In this document: positions 18,656 through 27,117 of the stretch, in pieces
How the letters are laid out: the number at the start of each line of letters is the position of its first letter
Position numbering within the stretch: position 1 is the first letter of the stretch
DNA from: Bacteroidales bacterium UBA1180
GTDB lineage: Bacteria; Bacteroidota; Bacteroidia; Bacteroidales; Paludibacteraceae
Assembly: GCA_002310195.1 (NCBI GenBank)
Contig: DBYS01000016.1
Coordinates: 60,278 to 124,277, forward strand
Direction: 5' to 3'
Length of the DNA: 64,000 nucleotides
Translations under genes and position numbers: made by a program
The notes under the pieces: generated by a model
Database searches by the model: none
Told to the model about the DNA's origin: nothing
The model's input: only the letters and a program-made list of their open reading frames with translations

Positions 18656-19513
18656 ATGAAAGAATCATTCACCGAAATTACCCGCCTTGAACCCCTCGAT
18701 GTTTTCTATGTAGGCGAGCGCATAAAGACGTACTTTGAATACCCGGCACACTGCCACGAAGTATATGAACTGAACTTCGTGGAGAACGGTGCAGGCGTTG
18801 TACGTACCGTAGGCGACAGCAGGGAAACGATTGGTAATCTGGATCTTGTGTTTATCACAGGCAGCAAACTTGTGCATGTATGGGAACAAGGTACATGTCC
18901 GGAACAGGAGATCTACGAAATCACGGTACATATCGATCCCGATACGTTTCACGGTCCGATGATCGACAAACGCGCTTTTGCGTCAATACGAAGGATGTTT
19001 GAACGTGCCCAGCGCGGCCTGGCTTTTCCTGAGGCGGCGATACAGATTGTGCATGACGACATCATCAACCTGGCGCACAGCACTGATAGTTTTGCGTCGG
19101 TTATACGCTTATTCAACCTACTCTACCGTTTGTCGCTGGTAGAGAATGCGCGGGAGCTGTCGTCGCAATCGTTCATCAATGCCGAGGAGGGCAACGAAGA
19201 TGAGCGTGTGCAGCAAGTGAAGGAGTATATAGCCGCCAATTACATGCACGATATTTGTCTGCAAGACCTTGCGGACATCGCCTGTATGTCAGCCGATTCG
19301 TTCTCGCGGTTCTTCCACAACCGCACCGGCCGCACGCCGAACCGTTACCTGATCGACTACCGCCTAGGTATAGCTGCGCGAATGCTGCTGACCACGAAAC
19401 AATCCGTTTCGGAGATAGGCTATGCGTGCGGTTTCAACACGCTCAGTCACTTCAACAGGCTGTTCCGTGAGTCGAAAGGTTGCACGCCATCGGAGTTCCG
19501 CGAGCAGTTCTGA
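18656..19513 (+). CDS. AraC/XylS family transcriptional regulator (N-terminal cupin, C-terminal dual HTH)
   Basis: The C-terminus YACGFNTLSHFNRLFRESKGCTPSEFR is a classical AraC HTH. The start is set at MKESFTEI, downstream of the mapped promoter. Confidence 0.85.
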   Translation: MKESFTEITRLEPLDVFYVGERIKTYFEYPAHCHEVYELNFVENGAGVVRTVGDSRETIGNLDLVFITGSKLVHVWEQGTCPEQEIYEITVHIDPDTFHGPMIDKRAFASIRRMFERAQRGLAFPEAAIQIVHDDIINLAHSTDSFASVIRLFNLLYRLSLVENARELSSQSFINAEEGNEDERVQQVKEYIAANYMHDICLQDLADIACMSADSFSRFFHNRTGRTPNRYLIDYRLGIAARMLLTTKQSVSEIGYACGFNTLSHFNRLFRESKGCTPSEFREQF

Positions 19514-19547
19514 GGTTATTGGTTCGTGTGAGAAGTACAGCATTATA

Positions 19548-19570
19548 TATATAATACTACGTATTATATA
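19548..19570. other. AT-rich inverted repeat TATATAATAC-TAC-GTATTATATA downstream of the AraC gene
   Basis: A perfect 10-bp stem read from the sequence, with no flanking T-run. It could be a weak terminator or a protein-binding site. Confidence 0.4.
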
Positions 19571-19602
19571 GTGTCCGTAAAAGAATAAAAAATGAGGGCT
19601 TT

Positions 19603-19646
19603 ATCCTATGGTTATCATATGGATATCATTTGGATATCATTTGGTA
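19603..19646. repeat. 11-bp tandem array ATCCTATGGTT / ATCATATGGAT / ATCATTTGGAT / ATCATTTGGTA
   Basis: ATC occurs at 19603, 19614, 19625 and 19636. The two central units are nearly identical. Confidence 0.8.
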
Positions 19647-19725
19647 AAGGTTCGAAACATGCCCGAAGGAGGATCGAATACGGGCGAATACAATAACAAA
19701 TAAAGTTGGCAAATTTCAGTAAATA

Positions 19726-19757
19726 TTTGCATATATCAAATATTTTTTGTAACTTTG
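19726..19757 (+). promoter_or_regulatory. Promoter (-33 TTTG 19726-19729, -7 TAACTTTG 19750-19757) driving the leader and the OMP/S41 genes
   Basis: Consensus match with a 20-nt spacer. Confidence 0.6.
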
Positions 19758-19761
19758 CAAG

Positions 19762-19880
19762 CGCGTTCGGTAAACCGCGCTAACAGATGCCGCTCAGCGG
19801 CATAAAGCGCACGGTTGCCTCCGCGCTCCCCACCACAACAAGTTGTGTCGGGGGCCCCACATAAAACAACCTAATTCAAC
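19762..19880 (+). promoter_or_regulatory. Structured 5' leader RNA, copy B of a paralogous leader family
   Basis: Contains the hairpins GCGCG-N10-CGCGC (19761-19780), ATGCCGC-TCA-GCGGCAT (19787-19803) and CACAA-CAAG-TTGTG (19834-19847), then GTGTCGGGGGCCCCA (19845-19859). It is block-wise homologous to the reverse complement of 32667-32787. Confidence 0.55.
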
Positions 19881-20762
19881 ATGAACAATATAACCCATTT
19901 TAGGCGTGGTATAGGGCGAACACTCGGCGTGTTGGGCATCGTTGTGTCCACAACTGTTGTGCTCACAATGAGTGCATTGCCGATGTACGCGCAAGGGCAG
20001 AAGACCAACAACCGCGGTATGTACACCGCTCCTGCTCCTGTGCAACGCAGTGAGATCCGTTCGGGTCGTAGCGGCGTGGAGTATGAGAAAGTGCGCCGCA
20101 CGCGGCGCGGTGCCCAGTACAAGAGCCACCGCTACAGCGATATTGACCGTTCGGCGCACCCTGGCATATGGACGCTGGGCGCAACAATCGGCGCGACGTA
20201 CAACTGGCAGACACGCGAAGCAGGTTACGCGTACGACATGTCGTTCAAAGGCGGCTGGGGCGCCAACGCCGGTGTAACAGCCACATTCAAAGCATTGGAA
20301 TGGCTGAGCATCCGCGCCGATGTGCTGTTCACACAGAAGAACTTCGGCATGGAGCGAATGCAGCCCGAACTACGCGAGCAGAACATCCACTCCGACTATA
20401 TGTGCCATTACCTGCAGATCCCCGTGATGGCCGACTGGACGTTCGGCGGAGAGATAAAGAGCCATATCTACACCGGCGCTTACGGCGGAGCATGGCTCGG
20501 CGGCAACGTCAGCCGCAAGACGCTGCTGGTGACTGACGAATACCGCGCGCGGTACGAATTTACGCCCGAGGATAACCGCATAGACGGCGGTCTGGTAGGC
20601 GGTCTGGGCGTGTCGTGGGACCCGATGCCATACCTGAGAATAGGTTTTGAGGCACTGTTCTACTACAGCATGGCGAACACCGTCAAACGCCAAGCGCTGA
20701 TGAACGATACGCGATATAACAACACCGTAGTGGTGGGAGTGTCAACGAAATACGTATTCTGA
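19881..20762 (+). CDS. Outer-membrane beta-barrel protein (OMP_b-brl-like) with a long basic N-terminal extension
   Basis: Has a signal-like segment (LTMSALPMYAQGQ), alternating amphipathic beta-strands and a C-terminal aromatic residue (TKYVF). Confidence 0.65.
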   Translation: MNNITHFRRGIGRTLGVLGIVVSTTVVLTMSALPMYAQGQKTNNRGMYTAPAPVQRSEIRSGRSGVEYEKVRRTRRGAQYKSHRYSDIDRSAHPGIWTLGATIGATYNWQTREAGYAYDMSFKGGWGANAGVTATFKALEWLSIRADVLFTQKNFGMERMQPELREQNIHSDYMCHYLQIPVMADWTFGGEIKSHIYTGAYGGAWLGGNVSRKTLLVTDEYRARYEFTPEDNRIDGGLVGGLGVSWDPMPYLRIGFEALFYYSMANTVKRQALMNDTRYNNTVVVGVSTKYVF

Positions 20763-20763
20763 T

Positions 20764-21990
20764 ATGAAACATAAACTACTCTATATAATCGCAATAAGCC
20801 TGCTGGTGACCGGTTGCCGTCAGAAAGGTGACATCTACGTCGATCCGAACGACCCGATGAACCTCAACTACACGAGTTATGCCAAGCAGTTCGACATATT
20901 CTGGCAAGGCATGAACACGTACTATGTGTTCTGGAGCGAGGATGAAACCGACTGGGATGACGTATATACGCGCCTTAAACCTAAGTTCGACGCACTGGAT
21001 GAAGCCTACAAAGCCGACGGCAGTGTACCTGACTCGCTGACATTCATCGCGCTCTATCAGGACGCTACATCGAGCCTGATTGACCATCACCTGGTTCTTA
21101 GGCTGCGCGACGTTCATACCGACCAGCTCTATGTGTACAGTCCGGGATCGGAAGAGGTAAAGAGCCGCGAATATGTGGCCGGACAGAAGTACGGCAAGAA
21201 AGTGATGAAAGAGGAGATACAGAAATGCATCGATCAGAAACTGCTTGATGCCGGCACATGGGGTGAGAAAGGCGATGATGCAAACTTCTTTGGCATCCGT
21301 ACGCTTGACGACGGGCGGAAAGTTGCGTACCTGTGGCAGAGTTCGTACAACATGCTCGCATCGTTGAAGGAAGAAGGCGAAACCGACGAAGAACGCGTGT
21401 ACATCAACAATATAGAGGCCTGGATGGATATGTGCTTGACCGAAACACGGCTCGCAGGTATCATCCTCGATAACCGTTGCAACCGCGGCGGCAAGGTAGC
21501 TGACCTTGAGCTGGTGGTAGGCTCATTCATCAACGAAAAAGTACACTACGCCGACCTGCGCTACAAGGAAGGTCCGGGGCGTTACGACTACACCGACTGG
21601 ATGCCCGCGTACGTTGAGCCAGCCGCCAAACGGCGTGACATAGAGACTGAGAACATTCCGTACATCGTACTGACGAACGCATATAGTATAAGCATGGCTG
21701 AGACATCTTCGGAGATCATCAAGAAGCTGCCTACCGGCCGAATGATCGGCGAGCGTACGTACGGCGCACACGGACAACTGATGCCCTACAACACGTACTT
21801 CCACGACGGCACGTTCGGCGACATCAACAACGGCAAGCACTATGTGTACACATCCAGTCTGCAAGTGCGGTTCGTGGATGACGGCATACTTGAGGGCGTG
21901 GGTATAACGCCAACAAAAGCCATCTACCAAGCGGAAGACGGCTATATTGGCGCGATGAACAAAGCGCTGGATTACATCAAGGCGTACTAA
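20764..21990 (+). CDS. S41-family (tail-specific protease-like) peptidase lipoprotein
   Basis: Has a lipoprotein signal (LLVTGC), ILDNRCNRGG (the DxRxNxGG-type motif) and VLTNAYSISMAE (the region of the putative catalytic Ser). Confidence 0.65.
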   Translation: MKHKLLYIIAISLLVTGCRQKGDIYVDPNDPMNLNYTSYAKQFDIFWQGMNTYYVFWSEDETDWDDVYTRLKPKFDALDEAYKADGSVPDSLTFIALYQDATSSLIDHHLVLRLRDVHTDQLYVYSPGSEEVKSREYVAGQKYGKKVMKEEIQKCIDQKLLDAGTWGEKGDDANFFGIRTLDDGRKVAYLWQSSYNMLASLKEEGETDEERVYINNIEAWMDMCLTETRLAGIILDNRCNRGGKVADLELVVGSFINEKVHYADLRYKEGPGRYDYTDWMPAYVEPAAKRRDIETENIPYIVLTNAYSISMAETSSEIIKKLPTGRMIGERTYGAHGQLMPYNTYFHDGTFGDINNGKHYVYTSSLQVRFVDDGILEGVGITPTKAIYQAEDGYIGAMNKALDYIKAY

Positions 21991-22487
21991 CAGACCATGT
22001 TCGCGTTGTAGTAACGCGGATCGTGGGTAACCTCTTCGCCGATGAACGGCGGACGAACGAACTCCGTATCAACTGACGGCAACTCAATCTCCGCCATGAT
22101 CAGGCCTGCGTTAGGCTGACGGAACTCGTCAATCTCCCATTTCAGTTTAGCCGGTTCTTCGGAATCGGCTTTTTTGTTGGCCGCCTCAGCCGGCAAGATA
22201 TATCGGGTCTTGTCGATGATCCGGTTGCCACAAGTAGAGAGCAACGCCTTGAAATCTTCAATGCTGATCTCCCGTTCCCACTCAAAGCGTACCATCTGTG
22301 ACAGGCGCGACTTGATGGTCAGCCACGCTTGTTGCGTGCCGTCGGCGTTCGTGCACAAGCGGATACGAACGGTCTTGCCGGGTTCACGGCACACGTAGCC
22401 TTGCACAATATCGTAATGCGTGCTTGCGAGCGCACGAAAACTATCGTCCTTGACGAGGAACTTGCGTTCAATCTCTCTGTTTTCCAT
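21987..22487 (-). CDS. CYTH domain protein (CyaB/thiamine-triphosphatase-like)
   Basis: Has the N-terminal EIERKFLV signature and is about 166 aa long. Its stop codon overlaps the convergent S41 stop codon. Confidence 0.85.
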   Translation of the reverse strand: MENREIERKFLVKDDSFRALASTHYDIVQGYVCREPGKTVRIRLCTNADGTQQAWLTIKSRLSQMVRFEWEREISIEDFKALLSTCGNRIIDKTRYILPAEAANKKADSEEPAKLKWEIDEFRQPNAGLIMAEIELPSVDTEFVRPPFIGEEVTHDPRYYNANMVC

Positions 22488-22488
22488 A

Positions 22489-25269
22489 TCAGTCAGGATT
22501 AGATGCCATCAACACGAGATGGACAATATTCAGGTACGGTATACCGCCGTGGTGCATCAAGCCGATCTCGCACGTACGGGAGTTGGAGAAACCAAGCGTA
22601 GCCCCCGTGCGCTCAATCTCCTCGCGCAAGTGGCGTAATGCCCACTTGTTGAGTTCAGGATGCGTAAAGCCCTTGTCGCCTGCAAATGCACAGCACCCCA
22701 CTCCTTCCGGCACAACCACCTCGCGTGCACAAGCTTTGGCCACCTCAACGAGCGCCTGCTCCAAGTGCATCTTACGGGTCGTACAGGTCGGGTGAACAGC
22801 CACAACCGTGTTGAGCTTGCGGATAGTGAGTCGCGGCAGCACAAACTGCCGAATGAACTCGACAGGTTCGTAGAGCTGCAGACCTTCCATCGTATGGCGC
22901 ATCCGATACAGGCACGGACTTTGGTCACAGAGCACGGGATACTCGCCATTGTTCGATGCGCGCAGCAGCGCCTCACGCAGTTCACCGGACTTGCGGTTCG
23001 CCTCTTCGGGCATACCTTTGCTCTCCCAGATCGTGCCGCAGCAGAGCGTTTCCATCCGTTCGGGATAGATGACCTCAAATCCTGCGCGTGCGAGCAAGGC
23101 AGCCGTTGCCTCCAAGGTGGACGGATAACCGGTGTCGGGCACTGCGCCCAAGCGTTGATTGAGGCAGGACGGGAAGTAAACGACCTTGCGGGATTGATCG
23201 TCCCGGAAGCTATTGATGATTGCTAGTTTTGCCTTGCGAATGCGGCGTTTGGTGAGCGCATTCGGCACGGCAGGTGTCCAGAGCGGGAAGGTCTTGCCGG
23301 AAGCGTAATGCAAACCTTTGCACATACCTGCCGTCATCGTGTTGCCAAGCACTGCTCTTACACCGTTCGCCACTGCCAGAGCAGATGCTACCGAGCCTGC
23401 CACACCGGCAAAATGCTTGCCGGCAAACCGGCCGAGGCGTTTGGCAGCGCCAGATAATTGTTGTTCGCGCAACAGATGGATATATTCGCCTACATTGATG
23501 CCAATCGGGCAAGACGTGGAGCATAGTCCGTCGCCGGCACAGAGTTCTTCGCCATCGCCCGTAAACGCTTTGGCCAATGCTTTGGCTTGTCGCGTCTCAC
23601 CGATGGATTGCAGGCGGCTGATCTCACGCTGAATAACGATGCGTTGCCGCGACGACAGGGCGAAACCGCACGATACGCAATTCACCTCACAGAAGCCGCA
23701 CTCGATACAACGGTCGATGAGCGCGTTGACCTCAGGCAGAGGTTTGATGTGTTGGATATACGATTGCTCGTCTTCGCAGAAGATCACTCCCGGGTTCAGG
23801 ATATTATCGGGATCAAACAGCCGCTTGATGTCGCGCATCAGTTCGTAGGCTTCATCACCCCATTCGCGGCGCACGAACGGCGCCATATTTCGACCTGTGC
23901 CGTGCTCGGCTTTCAGGCTGCCGTGATACTTGTCAACGACCAGATCAACCACAGCGTGCATCATTCGGTCGTACTGCGCAATGGCTTCCGGCGTATCGAA
24001 ACGCTGGTTGAGAATGAAGTGGTAATTGCCCTCCAGCGCGTGGCCGTAGATAACCGCATCGGGGTAGTTGTGCTCGCGGAAGAGCTGCTGCAAGTCGCGT
24101 GTAGCCTGAGCGAGGTGTTCGATGGGGAAAGCGATGTCCTCAATCAGGCAGGTCGTGCCGATAGGACGTGTGCCGCCTACCGCGGGGAAAATGCCCGAGC
24201 GCATAGCCCAGTATTTGGTTACCAAATCCCTGTCAGAGGTTATATTAGCCGGCCGGCAGAGCGTATATGCCGACAGGAGCTTGAGCAGTTTGTCGCGTTT
24301 CTGCTGCAGCGCTTTGTCGTCCGGCGCATCCAGACGGATGAGCACCGCGCCGGCATCTTCGGGGAGTCCGCGCAGTTCGGGGAAATCGTTCTCAACGGTA
24401 AGCATCGCCTTGCGGTCGAAGAACTCCGCGGCACTGACTTCGCCCTGCTGCTTCATTGCTGTAACAGCTTCGCAAGCCGATTGAGTGGTAGGAAACAGCA
24501 GCAAGGCTGAAGCTGAAGCAGGCTGAATGGCCGCTGTACGCATTGTGACGGACGAGAGGAATGCCAGTGTACCTTCCGAACCGACTATAAGATGTGCGAT
24601 GATATCGAACGGATCATCAAACTCAAGAACGGGCAAGATATTCAGGCCTGTGACGTTCTTGATGCTGTACTTGCGCCGTATACGTTCGGCCAGCGGCCGA
24701 TTGGCCACAACACGCTCGTGCATATCGCGCAAAGCCTGCAAGAACGCACTATGCGTGCGGCTGAACTCTTCGCGGCTATTGGGGTCTGCAGTGTCCAGCA
24801 GCGTGCCGTCGGCAAGGATGATCCGTGCGGACTCAAGCATCCGATAACTGTTGGCATGCGTACCGCAGCACATGCCTGAGGCGTTGTTCATCACAATGCC
24901 ACCGACCATTGCCGAACGGATAGATGCCGGATCGGGCGTGAAGTAGCGTCCGTAGGGACGAAGGATATCGTTGACCCGTTGCCCAACTATACCGGGCTGC
25001 AGCGTGATTGTCTCACCGCCGTTGTGCAGCTCGTAGCGTTCCCACTTCTTGCCACATACAACAAGCAGGCTATCGGAAATAGCCTGCCCTGACAGCGACG
25101 TGCCGGCCGCACGGAAAGTGATGTGTTTGCCTTCGCGGTGCGCACGTGCGATGATCTGCTGCACCTGAATCTCGTCAGACGGATGCAAGACCTGTTCGGG
25201 GATTAGTCGATAGAATCCTGCGTCCGTTCCCCACGCCAAACGCTGGATATATGCCTTCGATTGTTGCAT
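22489..25269 (-). CDS. FAD-binding plus (Fe-S)-binding oxidoreductase, YdiJ / D-2-hydroxyacid dehydrogenase-like
   Basis: Has an N-terminal FAD_binding_4-like region, 4Fe-4S Cys clusters (CIECGFCEVNCVSC and CAGDGLCSTSCP) and C-terminal CCG-type Cys repeats. The start is set at MQQSKAYIQ (ATG at 25269), 2 nt after the upstream stop codon. Confidence 0.85.
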   Translation of the reverse strand: MQQSKAYIQRLAWGTDAGFYRLIPEQVLHPSDEIQVQQIIARAHREGKHITFRAAGTSLSGQAISDSLLVVCGKKWERYELHNGGETITLQPGIVGQRVNDILRPYGRYFTPDPASIRSAMVGGIVMNNASGMCCGTHANSYRMLESARIILADGTLLDTADPNSREEFSRTHSAFLQALRDMHERVVANRPLAERIRRKYSIKNVTGLNILPVLEFDDPFDIIAHLIVGSEGTLAFLSSVTMRTAAIQPASASALLLFPTTQSACEAVTAMKQQGEVSAAEFFDRKAMLTVENDFPELRGLPEDAGAVLIRLDAPDDKALQQKRDKLLKLLSAYTLCRPANITSDRDLVTKYWAMRSGIFPAVGGTRPIGTTCLIEDIAFPIEHLAQATRDLQQLFREHNYPDAVIYGHALEGNYHFILNQRFDTPEAIAQYDRMMHAVVDLVVDKYHGSLKAEHGTGRNMAPFVRREWGDEAYELMRDIKRLFDPDNILNPGVIFCEDEQSYIQHIKPLPEVNALIDRCIECGFCEVNCVSCGFALSSRQRIVIQREISRLQSIGETRQAKALAKAFTGDGEELCAGDGLCSTSCPIGINVGEYIHLLREQQLSGAAKRLGRFAGKHFAGVAGSVASALAVANGVRAVLGNTMTAGMCKGLHYASGKTFPLWTPAVPNALTKRRIRKAKLAIINSFRDDQSRKVVYFPSCLNQRLGAVPDTGYPSTLEATAALLARAGFEVIYPERMETLCCGTIWESKGMPEEANRKSGELREALLRASNNGEYPVLCDQSPCLYRMRHTMEGLQLYEPVEFIRQFVLPRLTIRKLNTVVAVHPTCTTRKMHLEQALVEVAKACAREVVVPEGVGCCAFAGDKGFTHPELNKWALRHLREEIERTGATLGFSNSRTCEIGLMHHGGIPYLNIVHLVLMASNPD

Positions 25270-25271
25270 AA

Positions 25272-26465
25272 TTACTTGTAGAGATAATACGGCTCTGAAG
25301 CCTTGCGGTAGGCCTCGGCATCTTTGTACCAGTAGTCGCGGATATCCGCCCACTTGTAGCGTTTGCTGAACTCGGCACGGATGAACGGCGAGCCGCAGAC
25401 CTTGTCGAACATGTTCAGGCGCTTCTGGTTGCAGAGTTTGAACACATCCCTGTCAGGATAAAGTTCCATCAATGCCTCCACCACAATGAACTGCAAATCA
25501 CTCAGGTGAGCCTTCGAGTAATCGAGTATATGTATCTGTACGCCTTGCGACTGTTCGCCGTTGAAATTGCCGTAGTACGGCTTAAAGTATATAGGTCGGA
25601 ACACCACGCCCGGCACATTTCGCGCATTGAGCGATGCAGCAAGTTTGTTGGCATCGATCCACGGCGCACCGATCAGTTCGAACGGTAAGGTATAGCCCAC
25701 GCCGATGCTCACGTAGCCCAGTTCGCCGAATATTCCCGTGGCGGGATAGAAGTACGCTGTCTTGGCTTGCGGTATATGCGGCGAGGCAACGATCCACTCG
25801 AGGCCTGTCTGCTCCCATGTCATGTCACGCCGCCAACCCTCCATCGGGATGACCTTAAGGCGGCAGGGCTTGTCGGTCTGGGCATTGAGATACAGCGCCA
25901 GTTCACCGCAAGTCTGACCATAGACGTACGGGATCTTGAACTGCGAGACAAACGATATGTAGCCATCCTCAACGAGGTTGCCTTCGATCTTCAGGCCACC
26001 TAACGGGTTAGGCCGGTCAAGAACGATGAGCTCCTTGTCATTCTCAGCGCAAGCCTGCATGAGCATGCCCATCGTGGAGATATACGTAAACGAGCGGCAG
26101 CCTATATCCTGAATGTCATACACGATGCAATCGATACCTTCGAGCATCTCGGCGGAAGGCTTGCGAGTCTTGCCGTAGAGGGACATCATCGGGATGCCTG
26201 TCACCTCATCCACCTCATTGCTCACGGCATCACCGGCGTGTGCATTGCCGCGCACACCATGCTCAGGGCCGAACAGAGCCACAAGCTGATAGCCGCCCTG
26301 CTGCTGGCCGGCATACAGGATATCAACCGTCGAGCGTAACTGATGGTCAACGCCCGTAGGATTAGTGCATAGAGCAACACGCTTGCCCTGAAGCGGTTCA
26401 AACTGTTGCTGCTCAAGCACCTCGACGCCGAGGGTGAGCAAGAATGCCAATAAGAAATGCACCAT
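25272..26465 (-). CDS. DUF1343 family protein (NamZ-like exo-beta-N-acetylmuramidase)
   Basis: Shows YbbC/NamZ-like sequence throughout (GKRVALCTNPTGV, GPEHG.RG and DIQD.G.R.YTY-type motifs). Confidence 0.8.
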   Translation of the reverse strand: MVHFLLAFLLTLGVEVLEQQQFEPLQGKRVALCTNPTGVDHQLRSTVDILYAGQQQGGYQLVALFGPEHGVRGNAHAGDAVSNEVDEVTGIPMMSLYGKTRKPSAEMLEGIDCIVYDIQDIGCRSFTYISTMGMLMQACAENDKELIVLDRPNPLGGLKIEGNLVEDGYISFVSQFKIPYVYGQTCGELALYLNAQTDKPCRLKVIPMEGWRRDMTWEQTGLEWIVASPHIPQAKTAYFYPATGIFGELGYVSIGVGYTLPFELIGAPWIDANKLAASLNARNVPGVVFRPIYFKPYYGNFNGEQSQGVQIHILDYSKAHLSDLQFIVVEALMELYPDRDVFKLCNQKRLNMFDKVCGSPFIRAEFSKRYKWADIRDYWYKDAEAYRKASEPYYLYK

Positions 26466-26507
26466 GGTATTTACGATTTGGACATTTACTATTTATGATC
26501 GGGGCAA

Positions 26508-27117
26508 CTATTCGTCAATCGGGAAGATTCCCGTCGGACGACGAATAGTATATTTGGTCATCTCCTGATTGGACTCAAATCCTACGCCCTTGATGATCGT
26601 GCCGCGCGCACTGTCACCTTTTGCCTGAACGGCTGCCTGTGTAGGCGGCTGGGTGATGGTTATGGAGGAGTCGGAATAGACACGTTCCTCCTTCTGACTC
26701 CAGTACAGTTCGGGTGTCTCAAACTGCTCGCCGTTGACATTCGTGGCAAAGACATTGCCCGTCAGATGCCAGATCTCCGCCTGATCGTCGTAATACGCAT
26801 AATCAGAGCGTAAGGTGGCAGCGGTACTGAGCTGCTTGTCGAACTGCTCAAGATAGATACCGTCGGGAAACTCCCAATGCGAAGGTTCAGCCTTGTCGAA
26901 GACGAGCCACTGGCGTGCCGTGATGCGAAAACGTGTGACGCCTGAATCGGAGATAAGCGTCGTAACCTCCTGAGCATCAAGCACCGGCATAGCCGCACGA
27001 TTGTCGATCGCGTCCATACGAAGCTTCACCTCCTTGCGACGGCAAGAGGGAAAGACAAGCATTGCCACCATAACGATGGCAATGCTCAGAATAATATGCC
27101 GTTTGTTACTTAGCAGC
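26508..27117 (-). CDS. lptC: LPS export system periplasmic/anchored protein LptC
   Basis: LptC/OstA-like fold, judged by eye. The start codon is uncertain. The ORF opens with GTG at 27149; GTG at 27117 would give the lipoprotein-like signal MLLSNKRHIILSIAIVMVAMLVFPSC; the first ATG is at 27071. Confidence 0.6.

Noticed and set aside
19640-19700. tRNA-like words (GGTTCGAAAC and GGATCGAATAC) in the spacer downstream of the AraC gene.
   Set aside because: No acceptor stem, D-arm or anticodon-arm pairing can be drawn around them. They appear to be part of the degenerate repeat-rich spacer.
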